Shown here: piece by piece, positions 38,304 through 45,947 of the stretch
Position numbering within the stretch: the first letter of the stretch is position 1
How the letters are laid out: each line of letters starts with the position of its first letter
Source: Candidatus Bathyarchaeales archaeon
GTDB lineage: Archaea; Thermoproteota; Bathyarchaeia; Bathyarchaeales; Bathycorpusculaceae
Direction of reading: 5' to 3'
Length of the DNA stretch: 64,000 bases
NCBI GenBank assembly: GCA_049700435.1
Contig: JBNAVK010000001.1
Coordinates: 1,583 to 65,582 of the forward strand
The notes under the pieces: model-generated
What the model saw: only the letters and a program-made list of their open reading frames with translations
Database searches by the model: none
Told to the model about the DNA's origin: nothing
Made by a program: the position numbers and the translations under genes

Positions 38304-38976
38304 CTTCCTTTACAACATCCAGCGCATTCCCAATTATAAACATCTCGGGTCCAGTTGTCAAAGAACCAGCTATGGCAGCGTAACTGTTGCTAATCAATCC
38401 CGTTCCAACATAGGGTATTCCACAGTTAACTGTGCCGACATCAACAGGAACTTTCAGCACATCCTTCAAAAGCTTCTTTTCCTCCTCCTTCAGCAGCGGG
38501 TGAGCTAAAACTCCCTTGTTTGTGGCTACAGCTAACGACCCAACATAGGGTAAGCCAGCAACTTCGCCGGTAACAGCTTCAACTCCCAAAGTTTCGGAGA
38601 TTAGCTTTATTTCCCAATCTTTCAATCGTGGGTCAACGACTGCTCCGTGGTCATTTGCTAGAACCATGTTTCCGAAGGCCGTTTTTTTGGTTTCCATAAC
38701 TGTTATGTTTCCGTCGAAACCGTTTTTTATGGCTTCAAGTTCCTCTTCGTTAACGAAATGTGGGAGCACAATACCATTTGAGTTCGCGCATGCAAGTGCG
38801 CCGACCAAAACTGAGCCACCAATCATGGTGTGTATAAGTTTAACTTTCATCCATTCACCGAGCCTTTCAGCCTTTTTAAGCGGCGTCAACTTTGGAATTA
38901 TGATGATTTTATCTGTAACAAGCGCGTACACGCCTATGCTTGCGCTGCCGAAAAGGCTGGAAAAGTAAATGGCCAA
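38296..38976 (-). CDS. eif6: Translation initiation factor 6 (aIF6)
   Basis: 226 aa with the five-fold pseudo-repeat pattern (GSASIGVY, GGSVLVGAL, AFGNMVLAND, VGSLAVATNKG, VGTGLISN). Confidence 0.9.
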   Translation of the reverse strand: MAIYFSSLFGSASIGVYALVTDKIIIIPKLTPLKKAERLGEWMKVKLIHTMIGGSVLVGALACANSNGIVLPHFVNEEELEAIKNGFDGNITVMETKKTAFGNMVLANDHGAVVDPRLKDWEIKLISETLGVEAVTGEVAGLPYVGSLAVATNKGVLAHPLLKEEEKKLLKDVLKVPVDVGTVNCGIPYVGTGLISNSYAAIAGSLTTGPEMFIIGNALDVVKEDE

Positions 38977-38979
38977 GGA

Positions 38980-39483
38980 TTAGTCTCCTTCAGCCAAATA
39001 AACCGTAACATTTCCTTCTTTGTCTTTTGCGGCTCTTACTCTAATTTTTCGCGGGGGTTTTTCTATGCCTCTGCTCCAAATTTTTTCGTTCACTTCATTG
39101 CTAATTGTAAGCCGCTTAGGCTCTTCTTCTTCCTCTTCTTCTTTACTCGCGCCCAACTTCATGTGCTTCGTTATAAAGCTTCTGATTATCCGCATCGCTC
39201 TGGGGGCTCTTTTGTTTGGAGGCATAATCCATGCTCTGCTGAGTGGAATTGTATAGATTCTTTCTTCCACAATTTCTTCCTCTGCCTTTTCTTCTCGTGG
39301 CGGCGGTTTAACTTCCTCTTCTATGGCTTCTGGCTTCTCTTCCTCTTTCGCTTCAACGATTTCTTCCGTTTTTTCCTCTTCTTCCGATGGGGCTTCCTCA
39401 ATTTCCGTTTCTTCAGCTGCTTCAACTGGTTTTTCTTGTTCTTCCTCGGTTTCTAACGGTTCTTCTTTTGTGTTTTCTTCCAT
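38980..39483 (-). CDS. rpl31e: 50S ribosomal protein L31e, annotated with a ~71-aa Glu-rich N-terminal extension (alternative GTG start at 39270)
   Basis: The core ERIYTIPLSRAW...KRAPRAMRIIRSFI...VNEKIWSRGIEKPPRKIRV is eL31. The ATG at 39483 is preceded by GGAGGA. An in-frame GTG at 39270 would give a canonical ~96-aa protein. Confidence 0.85.
   Translation of the reverse strand: MEENTKEEPLETEEEQEKPVEAAEETEIEEAPSEEEEKTEEIVEAKEEEKPEAIEEEVKPPPREEKAEEEIVEERIYTIPLSRAWIMPPNKRAPRAMRIIRSFITKHMKLGASKEEEEEEEPKRLTISNEVNEKIWSRGIEKPPRKIRVRAAKDKEGNVTVYLAEGD
39271..39483 (-). repeat. Purine-rich (GAA/GAG) low-complexity tract on the coding strand
   Basis: Encodes a Glu-rich run with scattered Lys/Pro/Thr/Ala (roughly half the residues are Glu). 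A second, shorter EEEEEEE run lies at ~39118-39140. Confidence 0.6.
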
Positions 39484-39490
39484 TGGGCGG

Positions 39491-39496
39491 TCCTCC
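39491..39496 (-). promoter_or_regulatory. Shine-Dalgarno site (GGAGGA) for the long form of rpl31e, overlapping the rpl39e stop codon
   Basis: The reverse complement reads TAGGAGGACCGCCCAATG. Confidence 0.5.
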
Positions 39497-39651
39497 TACG
39501 CTTTTATTTTTCTTGTTCGCCATTGTCTCCTTTTCGGGTGTGTTCTAAATTTTCCAGCCGTTTTCGCGATAACCCATGATGGTACAGCTTTCTTTTGTTT
39601 TCCCGCTTTTGCTAGTCTAAGTTTTTTTGCCGTTGGTTTGTTTCGCGCCAT
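39496..39651 (-). CDS. rpl39e: 50S ribosomal protein L39e
   Basis: Absent from the ORF track because it is under 60 aa. Manual translation gives [51 protein letters not shown], a canonical eL39. Confidence 0.9.
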   Translation of the reverse strand: MARNKPTAKKLRLAKAGKQKKAVPSWVIAKTAGKFRTHPKRRQWRTRKIKA

Positions 39652-39653
39652 AT

Positions 39654-39983
39654 TCATATCCTTCTTATTTTTGTTTCACGTCTCCGTGTTTGCAGTTGAA
39701 TAAGTATTTGTTTAAGCTGTTCGTCTGTTAAGGGTATTGGCAATTTTCCTTGCTGTGCTAGTTGGATTAGCTGCAGTTCCAGTTGGGATGTGAACTCTGG
39801 CTTGACCATCTTTAAGTTTGTTAGCCTTTGCCTTGCTTCAGGAGTTAATATGCTTCTCAGTATGGCTTGTTTTTCCAGTTCCAGTTGTTGCTGCATCTGT
39901 GCTCTTTTTTGTTCTTCAGCCATTTGGCGTTGTAATTCTAAAAGCTTTCTTTTACGCAGTTCTTCGAGTTCTTCGTCTGACAT
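39654..39983 (-). CDS. PDCD5/TFAR19-like double-stranded DNA-binding protein
   Basis: [18 protein letters not shown]...[19 protein letters not shown]...[10 protein letters not shown] pattern (MTH1615 family). Confidence 0.85.
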   Translation of the reverse strand: MSDEELEELRKRKLLELQRQMAEEQKRAQMQQQLELEKQAILRSILTPEARQRLTNLKMVKPEFTSQLELQLIQLAQQGKLPIPLTDEQLKQILIQLQTRRRETKIRRI

Positions 39984-39984
39984 T

Positions 39985-40452
39985 TCAGTCGCCTTTTAAG
40001 TATTTCTCTAGTTCTGGAATCGCTTTAGCATATTCTCTGCTGAGCTCCTCGGTTATTTCTTGTAGAAGCTTTCTTCCTTCGGTTGTTACTTTTCTTCCGC
40101 GGGATGGAAGCTTTTCAATTAATCCCGCAGCCTCAAGCTGTTGCAGAGCTTTCCTTATTATTGCTCCGCCGGCCTTCACGGCATGATCTGGTCTTACACC
40201 AAAATTCTTTCTTCCTCCGTAGTCGGCTCTTAATCTTTCTAAGCCTATTGGTCCGTGAACATAGATTTTCCGTAGCAGCGAGGCGCATCGTATGTACCAC
40301 CAGTCTGGGTTTTGGGGTGGTTTTTGAACGTGGGCGCCTGTTTTAACGAAGCTTGACCATGGCGGTGGGTTTATCTCATCCACGTTTTCCTTTAGATATT
40401 GAGCTAATTTTTCGATTAGCTTTGATGCTGGCACGTTGTAGACTGTTGTCAA
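39985..40452 (-). CDS. rps19e: 30S ribosomal protein S19e
   Basis: 155 aa, [15 protein letters not shown]...[16 protein letters not shown]...GGRK. Confidence 0.95.
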   Translation of the reverse strand: MTTVYNVPASKLIEKLAQYLKENVDEINPPPWSSFVKTGAHVQKPPQNPDWWYIRCASLLRKIYVHGPIGLERLRADYGGRKNFGVRPDHAVKAGGAIIRKALQQLEAAGLIEKLPSRGRKVTTEGRKLLQEITEELSREYAKAIPELEKYLKGD

Positions 40453-40622
40453 TTTTCTTTATCCTCTTGTTCCTTCAGTAAGCGTGTTAAGTATGAAATT
40501 TAAAAGTTGTGGTAAAATTTCGTTTTACTCTTTTGGATTTTGATTTAAAGCGAACAACAAGGTGGAAGTGGCAAGCGTGGAAGGCAAAAGATTTTGAGGA
40601 AAAGGCGAGGCTTTTCGACGCA

Positions 40623-42158
40623 TTACAATATTGGTGTGAGCCTAACTCGGCAACCTCTGGAAGCACCCGGCTCCACAACATAAATGCTGGTTATAGGCTT
40701 CTTTCCGTAAAATATTATTGCCCCGTTTTTCTCCTCTATCTTAAAATGTAAATTTAGAACGTCAGCTAAAACTTTCGTTATTTCAGGAAAACTGGGCACC
40801 GCTACGTAAATCATCAAGTCCTTTCCTCCTTTATTCGCAATCACTGACCGCCCAATGGCAGATGGCATAAGTTCAGCTCTGACATACCATACCAAGGATA
40901 CAAGATTATCAGTACTCAAAATGTGAAATATGTTTTTGCCGAGCTTATTTGCCAGACCCATAGAGACTTCCATATAATGATTGAAATTTTTTACAGGGTC
41001 TGATGCTTCTACTACGGGATCTGTCCAAATTACTACATATGGTTTGCTGGAGTCAATAAACGGGTTGGGAAAAGTTATTATTCGAGAACATTCATCAAAA
41101 CTTTCTTCTCCCGTAAAACGAGTGACTTGCTTTCTTATGTCTTCGGGGCCGCATCCAATTGGTGGAACAACGATGAGTCCTCTATTCCTCATTATGAAGC
41201 TTGCCGCTGTAGGAATAAGAACCGCGAATAACGCGTCAAGTGGAACGTTTTCGCCCAACTCATATAAAACCGAAGCGCCCCTAGGATAACCTTTCCCACC
41301 CAAGATTTCATCAAGCTCCGGAATCCCGCTTGGATAATGAGTTGGAGTACCCCTAGGAGCCTCAAACGTTGGAGGGTTCTCCATTTCTTTTACACTGAAA
41401 GGTGGGAATACTTTGAAGCCTTTGTGCATTGTGCAAAGGAATTTTTGTCTTTCAAGTTTAGTTCCTCGCATTTTTTTTATTTCTATTTCTCTGATGAGCA
41501 TGTCGTTGTAGTAATCTTTCTTCAGGACGATGACACCGTCGGCGACAAACTCCTCAATGCTTATACCTAGCCTTTCGCCTCCAGTTGGGACTTCTATGAT
41601 GAGAAGTGTTGTGCATCCCAATTGCCTAACAAGCTTACCGAGAATGTTGTGAAGTATGCTTCTCGCCTCAATCGGCTCCTTAAAAGCCTGCGCCATAGCA
41701 CTAAAAGAGTCAATAACAAGTCTTTTGGCGTTTGACGCCGCCACTTCCTCAAGAATCATTTCCAAAACAGTTGACAAACCCTTCTCTGTCACAGTAGTGA
41801 AGTCCAAAACTTTCAATTTTCCACGGACATCTTCGATGTCAAACCCAAAAACCTTAGATATATTATGAAAAATAGTCTCTTCGCTCTCCGCAAAAGAAAC
41901 ATAAATCCCGTTCTCCCCGTAATCCTTCACTCCACGATAAAGAAACTGCATACCAAAAATAGTCTTACCCGTACCCGGATTTCCAGCCAAAAGAACAAGG
42001 CTTCCTTTAGGAAACCCCCCTTCAATTAGCTGGTCCAAGCCGTCTATGCCTGTGGGGACGCGCTCATCCACCACAGAACTTACGGTGAATTTAGTTTCAA
42101 TTACTTCTGTTTCTGCATGTCCGTTTGTCATGTAGCAACGCCAACTTTTCCTTTGCAT
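40623..42158 (-). CDS. KaiC-like tandem RecA-superfamily ATPase; the second domain lacks a P-loop
   Basis: Domain 1 has GIDGLDQLIEGGFPKGSLVLLAGNPGTGKT plus Walker B LVIDSFSA. Domain 2 starts GIPELDEILGGKGYPRGASVLYELGENVPLDAL, with no GxxGxGKT. Confidence 0.8.
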   Translation of the reverse strand: MQRKSWRCYMTNGHAETEVIETKFTVSSVVDERVPTGIDGLDQLIEGGFPKGSLVLLAGNPGTGKTIFGMQFLYRGVKDYGENGIYVSFAESEETIFHNISKVFGFDIEDVRGKLKVLDFTTVTEKGLSTVLEMILEEVAASNAKRLVIDSFSAMAQAFKEPIEARSILHNILGKLVRQLGCTTLLIIEVPTGGERLGISIEEFVADGVIVLKKDYYNDMLIREIEIKKMRGTKLERQKFLCTMHKGFKVFPPFSVKEMENPPTFEAPRGTPTHYPSGIPELDEILGGKGYPRGASVLYELGENVPLDALFAVLIPTAASFIMRNRGLIVVPPIGCGPEDIRKQVTRFTGEESFDECSRIITFPNPFIDSSKPYVVIWTDPVVEASDPVKNFNHYMEVSMGLANKLGKNIFHILSTDNLVSLVWYVRAELMPSAIGRSVIANKGGKDLMIYVAVPSFPEITKVLADVLNLHFKIEEKNGAIIFYGKKPITSIYVVEPGASRGCRVRLTPIL

Positions 42159-42314
42159 CCTTTTTATTTAAGACTATTGAATTTTTTCTACATATTTTCC
42201 CTCCATCTTTTAAACGCACTTAACTTAGCAATAGTTTATATATCCCAGCCACCAGTTGTTGATTGCCAACATTTTAATATCCTAAAACACGCATATTTTC
42301 AACGAGGTGCCAAA

Positions 42315-42584
42315 ATGCCATACAAAGTTATTTTAACCGTGAAAGAATCCCGAGGAAACTGCCCCTACTACAAGGTTGGAGACAAAATAACATTTGAGGA
42401 ACCAGAAATCATCAAAGAGGAAAGTGACAGGCTATGCCTCTACGCGCTTATGGCTATGGCTCCATACCTCACAGCCTTATGCAGAGACACTCCAGCACAA
42501 GACTGGATAAACTACAAGGAAACCATACAATGTCCAGACTCAGATAGACCAGTTATTTTCAAAGTGGAAAGAAAACCTATTTAA
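42315..42584 (+). CDS. Small Cys-containing protein, TIGR04076-like
   Basis: 89 aa from the ATG at 42315 (MPYKVILTVKESRGNCPYYKVGDKITFE...LCLYAL...). The upstream part of the 155-aa ORF looks non-coding. The family name is from memory only. Confidence 0.45.
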   Translation: MPYKVILTVKESRGNCPYYKVGDKITFEEPEIIKEESDRLCLYALMAMAPYLTALCRDTPAQDWINYKETIQCPDSDRPVIFKVERKPI

Positions 42585-42610
42585 ACCAAAATTAGCCCAG
42601 AACTTTTTCT

Positions 42611-42910
42611 TTATTTGGGCGGTTTAAAGCGTTTTTCCCGACGTTTGTAAAGGACAAGCGTGTGTCCCCTAATTTCTACAAGGGTTGCTCCAGTTTGGTC
42701 AGCAATTGACGAGGCAATCGCATTAGCCTTGTTTTCATCAAGTGCACTTTTCAAAATTTTGACTTTAACCATTTCCCTCTGTTCTAGCTGCTTTTCAATT
42801 TCCGTAATTAAATCCTTTGAAACCCCGCTTTTTCCAACCCATACAGTTGGCTTTTCCTGGGTCATTTCTCTTTTGATGCGGCGTTTCATGCCCGCCGTCA
42901 GTTTACTCAT
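42611..42910 (-). CDS. YhbY/CRS1-type (CRM domain) RNA-binding protein
   Basis: LTAGMKRRIKRE...PTVWVGKSGVSKDLITEIEKQLEQREMVKVKIL...GHTLVLYK. Confidence 0.8.
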   Translation of the reverse strand: MSKLTAGMKRRIKREMTQEKPTVWVGKSGVSKDLITEIEKQLEQREMVKVKILKSALDENKANAIASSIADQTGATLVEIRGHTLVLYKRREKRFKPPK

Positions 42911-43230
42911 GTCCTAGTTTTCTCCTTAACATCCTTCAACGGTATCCGCATATGTTTCCCACAGTTAAAGCACGTAACCACAACATGCGGCTCCCTTTTC
43001 TGCTTTACCCGCACACGACAATTAACGCCGGGCAAAATAAAGCTTTTACAATGTCTACAAACTTGTCGCCTATACTCTTTGGGCAAGCGAACCCTTGCAG
43101 CCATCGCTATCCTTCGGGCTACGTCAACGTAACGCTGAGCCAAAACAGGGTCTTCCGAATAAATCTCGTTGGCTAAACTGAAAAGCGTACGAATACGACT
43201 TAAAGCAATTCGCCTAGTATCGTCATCCAT
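42907..43230 (-). CDS. rnp4: RNase P protein component 4 (Rpp21/Rnp4)
   Basis: N-terminal helices (RIRTLFSLANE...YVDVARRIAMAARVRLP) and a Zn ribbon CRHCKSFILPG...VVTCFNCG. ATGA overlap with the downstream YhbY gene. Confidence 0.85.
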   Translation of the reverse strand: MDDDTRRIALSRIRTLFSLANEIYSEDPVLAQRYVDVARRIAMAARVRLPKEYRRQVCRHCKSFILPGVNCRVRVKQKREPHVVVTCFNCGKHMRIPLKDVKEKTRT

Positions 43231-43254
43231 GCTTGGGTCCGCCGAAACTTAGTA

Positions 43255-43674
43255 TTACTCTGCTGCATTACCAAAATTAGCTTTTTCGGAAGCTTTCCCA
43301 CGAACCTTTTGAATGAGCAATGAGGTAAGATATCTCGCTGGTGAAAAGATTGGAGAAATAACATCTAAATCCCTTCTCCCCAGTTCCTTAACGATGAACT
43401 CTTTAATGTCCTCGTGCAAAACATACCTCTGCTTTCCACCTTTACCTTTAATTAGAATTTTTGTCTGCTTGAAGACCTCACCATCGGCACAATCTAGAAA
43501 AATGTACAAAGTGTTTTCGGAGGTGAAAAGAAATCTTAAGGCCAAAGGAGGCTTTGAAAGGGGAGCCCGCTGCAAAAAGTACACAACACTTCTAGGGCGC
43601 AGAGTAACTGCAAGCTTTTTAAAATCATCCCAAGTTTTTATGCAAACGACTCTTCCTAAAGCTTCAATCGCCAC
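43255..43674 (-). CDS. Hypothetical protein
   Basis: 139-aa ORF between tRNA-Gly and rnp4 on the same strand. No motif recognised. Confidence 0.4.
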   Translation of the reverse strand: MAIEALGRVVCIKTWDDFKKLAVTLRPRSVVYFLQRAPLSKPPLALRFLFTSENTLYIFLDCADGEVFKQTKILIKGKGGKQRYVLHEDIKEFIVKELGRRDLDVISPIFSPARYLTSLLIQKVRGKASEKANFGNAAE

Positions 43675-43704
43675 TCACCTGCTACGATTATCTCCTTGAA
43701 AGAG

Positions 43705-43778
43705 TGCGGCCGCCGGGATTTGAACCCGGGTCGCCGGCTTGGGAGGCCGAAGTCCTAACCAAGCTAGACTACGGCCGC
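43705..43778 (-). tRNA. tRNA-Gly (anticodon CCC), 74 nt, no encoded CCA, no intron
   Basis: Manual fold of GCGGCCG-TA-GTCT..GGAC-T-TCGGC-CTCCCAA-GCCGG-CGAC-CCGGG-TTCAAAT-CCCGG-CGGCCGC-A. All four stems pair and the T-loop is GTTCAAATC. Confidence 0.9.
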
Positions 43779-43789
43779 AGTCTCACGCT

Positions 43790-43805
43790 AAAATTATTAT
43801 TTTTG
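43790..43805 (-). promoter_or_regulatory. A/T-rich TATA-like box upstream of tRNA-Gly
   Basis: The minus strand reads CCAAAAATAATAATTT, about 12-27 nt upstream of the mature tRNA 5' end. Confidence 0.4.
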
Positions 43806-43827
43806 GTGTTGTAAATGTTTTTGTTGG

Positions 43828-45240
43828 TTATCTCTTGGTTTGGAGATATTTGAAGCGTTGAACTAGGGCTGAAAGGGCTTTCGCGGCTCTTTCTGGTGTT
43901 GGGTAGACTGGCAAACCGCTTTTTGTCCAAGGGCTTATGTCTAAATCTCTTGTTGGATGCGGCGTCACAAGCACCATTGGTTTTTTAACTTTTTCCATAG
44001 TTTTAAGCATAGTCTCGCGGTATTCTTCGGCGAAAATTTCCCGTGTTACAACCGCGAACGGGTCATATTCCAATATCATGAACGCGTCAACCGTCCTAGA
44101 CATCACATCAATAATCTGCGGGTGAACCTTTGACGCTTGTCCAAAGGGGAGCCAAACCAAATCCACAGGGTTAGAAAACCCAGAGAATGGAGGAATCAAA
44201 CCCCTCAAAATCTCTTTAATCTCCAATACAGCTTCGTCTGGCAGTTTCTCTACTTTCAGACCGAGCATTTCGCAAGCGTCCGAAGCTGCGACCCCAGCTC
44301 CTCCAGCTCCAACTATTATGCCAACCCTGTTTCCACTTGGCAGGTAAGGGCATTTAAAAGCCATTGTTAAATCAATCAACTCCTCAATTCCATGAGCAGA
44401 TATTATTCCCGACTGTTTGAAGACTGCCTCGTGAATTGCATAATTTCCCGCCAACGAGCCAGTATGAGAAAAAGCGGCTCTCGCCGCGGCTTCTGTTTTT
44501 CCAGCCTTCCAGACAATAATCGGCTTGTTTTTAGCCGCTTCCTTTGCAACTTCCATGAAAGTTCTTCCATCTTTTACTCCTTCAATGTAGGCGGAAATTA
44601 TGTTTGTCTTGGAGTCTGAGCCTAAATATTTGAGAACGTCGGTAAATGTTAGGTCGGACTGGTTTCCGATGCTTAAAACTTTGCTGAAGCGGAGCCCACG
44701 TTCATAACCAACAATTATAATGTGCTCGCTTACCCAGCCGCTTTGGGAAACAGCCGCAACATCCCCGCTTTCCTCAGTCAACCCATCAACATAAGGAAGA
44801 ATGGTGTTAAGCCCCACCTCTGGACAGTACAAGCCCATGCAGTTTGGACCAATAATGCGTGTTCCCCTTCTCCTCGCAGTTTTCACCATCTCCGCCTCTA
44901 TCCTTTTTCCATCATCGCCTAGTTCTCCAAAACCCGCAGCATGAATAACGACAAACTTAACGCCCTTTTTTGAGCATTCCTCAACAGCTTTCGGCGTTAC
45001 ATGAGCAGGTATTGTAATTATAGCTAGGTCTATTTCTTCAGGGATGTCTAACACGCTTGGATAAGCTTTGAAGCCTCGGATTTCCCCTCCCTTTGGGTTA
45101 ACCAAGAAAAGCTTGCTTTTCAAATGGCATTCGATGAAACTGTTTAAGAACAGTCCTCCAGATTTGAGTTTGTCCTCTGATGCGCCAATCAACGCTACCG
45201 TCCTCGGGTTAAACATTAAATCCAGCGAGGTCGAGTTCAT
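43828..45240 (-). CDS. ADP-forming acyl-CoA synthetase alpha subunit (CoA-binding + ligase-CoA domains), paralogue 1
   Basis: 470 aa with PRTVALIGAS CoA-binding Rossmann, GPNCMG and phosphohistidine loop FSHTGSLAG. No ATP-grasp domain. Confidence 0.85.
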   Translation of the reverse strand: MNSTSLDLMFNPRTVALIGASEDKLKSGGLFLNSFIECHLKSKLFLVNPKGGEIRGFKAYPSVLDIPEEIDLAIITIPAHVTPKAVEECSKKGVKFVVIHAAGFGELGDDGKRIEAEMVKTARRRGTRIIGPNCMGLYCPEVGLNTILPYVDGLTEESGDVAAVSQSGWVSEHIIIVGYERGLRFSKVLSIGNQSDLTFTDVLKYLGSDSKTNIISAYIEGVKDGRTFMEVAKEAAKNKPIIVWKAGKTEAAARAAFSHTGSLAGNYAIHEAVFKQSGIISAHGIEELIDLTMAFKCPYLPSGNRVGIIVGAGGAGVAASDACEMLGLKVEKLPDEAVLEIKEILRGLIPPFSGFSNPVDLVWLPFGQASKVHPQIIDVMSRTVDAFMILEYDPFAVVTREIFAEEYRETMLKTMEKVKKPMVLVTPHPTRDLDISPWTKSGLPVYPTPERAAKALSALVQRFKYLQTKR

Positions 45241-45305
45241 GTGTTTTCACATCCGTGATGTTACTGACAGCAAACAGTCGACGGTGAAAAATGTGTAATG
45301 AAGTT

Positions 45306-45791
45306 TTATTGTCCTTTTGTTCGCATGCTCACCATTAAGGCTGTTTCGTATGTTGCCACAACTTCGTCTCTCTGATTCTTCACAGCGTTCCTAAACTTCA
45401 ATATCCCAGCGCCGGGTCTGCTTTTACTTGGTCTCGCTTCAATAATTTCCGACTCAACCCTTATGGTGTCACCTATAAAAACTGGAGCGATAAACCTAAC
45501 ATTGTCCAACCCAAGAAAAGCCAACACTTCCATTGAGGAACGCTCCCTAGTCCGCAGCGCCAGCCCAGATGCTACACTCAAAGTCAGCATTCCATGAGCT
45601 ATTCTCTGGCCGAATGGGCTATTCTTCATATACTCAGCGTTTGTATGCAGTTCAGTCCAGTCTCCAGAAATGCCAGCAAACATCACCACATCAGCCTCGG
45701 TAATTGTTCTGCCCGGAGAAACAGCCTTCTCGCCTACCCTAAAACCTTCAAGACAGCCTTCTTTTCCGCTCATTGCCAATAACCACCTCAA
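45306..45791 (-). CDS. MaoC-like (R)-specific enoyl-CoA hydratase / hotdog dehydratase
   Basis: 161 aa with FAGISGDWTELHTN and the RIAHGML hydratase-2 motif. Confidence 0.85.
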   Translation of the reverse strand: MRWLLAMSGKEGCLEGFRVGEKAVSPGRTITEADVVMFAGISGDWTELHTNAEYMKNSPFGQRIAHGMLTLSVASGLALRTRERSSMEVLAFLGLDNVRFIAPVFIGDTIRVESEIIEARPSKSRPGAGILKFRNAVKNQRDEVVATYETALMVSMRTKGQ

Positions 45792-45934
45792 TAGCTTTTA
45801 GAAACTATTCAATAATCCAGCCGCATAATAGCATTTTGTTTCGCTTTGCACGGCACTGACGTAGAATGATGCCTTTTTGAAAATTAAAAGTTAAGCTTTA
45901 AAAACGCGGCTATACATACATACGGACACTAAAC

Positions 45935-45940
45935 GGAGGT
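45935..45940 (+). promoter_or_regulatory. Shine-Dalgarno site (GGAGGT) for the 4-hydroxybutyryl-CoA dehydratase gene
   Basis: 7 nt upstream of the ATG at 45948. Confidence 0.5.
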
Positions 45941-45947
45941 TTGAAAT

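Noticed and set aside
38830-39456. 208-aa plus-strand Phe-rich ORF
   Set aside because: It is antisense to aIF6 and L31e. The Phe/Leu runs are just the complement of the GAA-rich coding strand.
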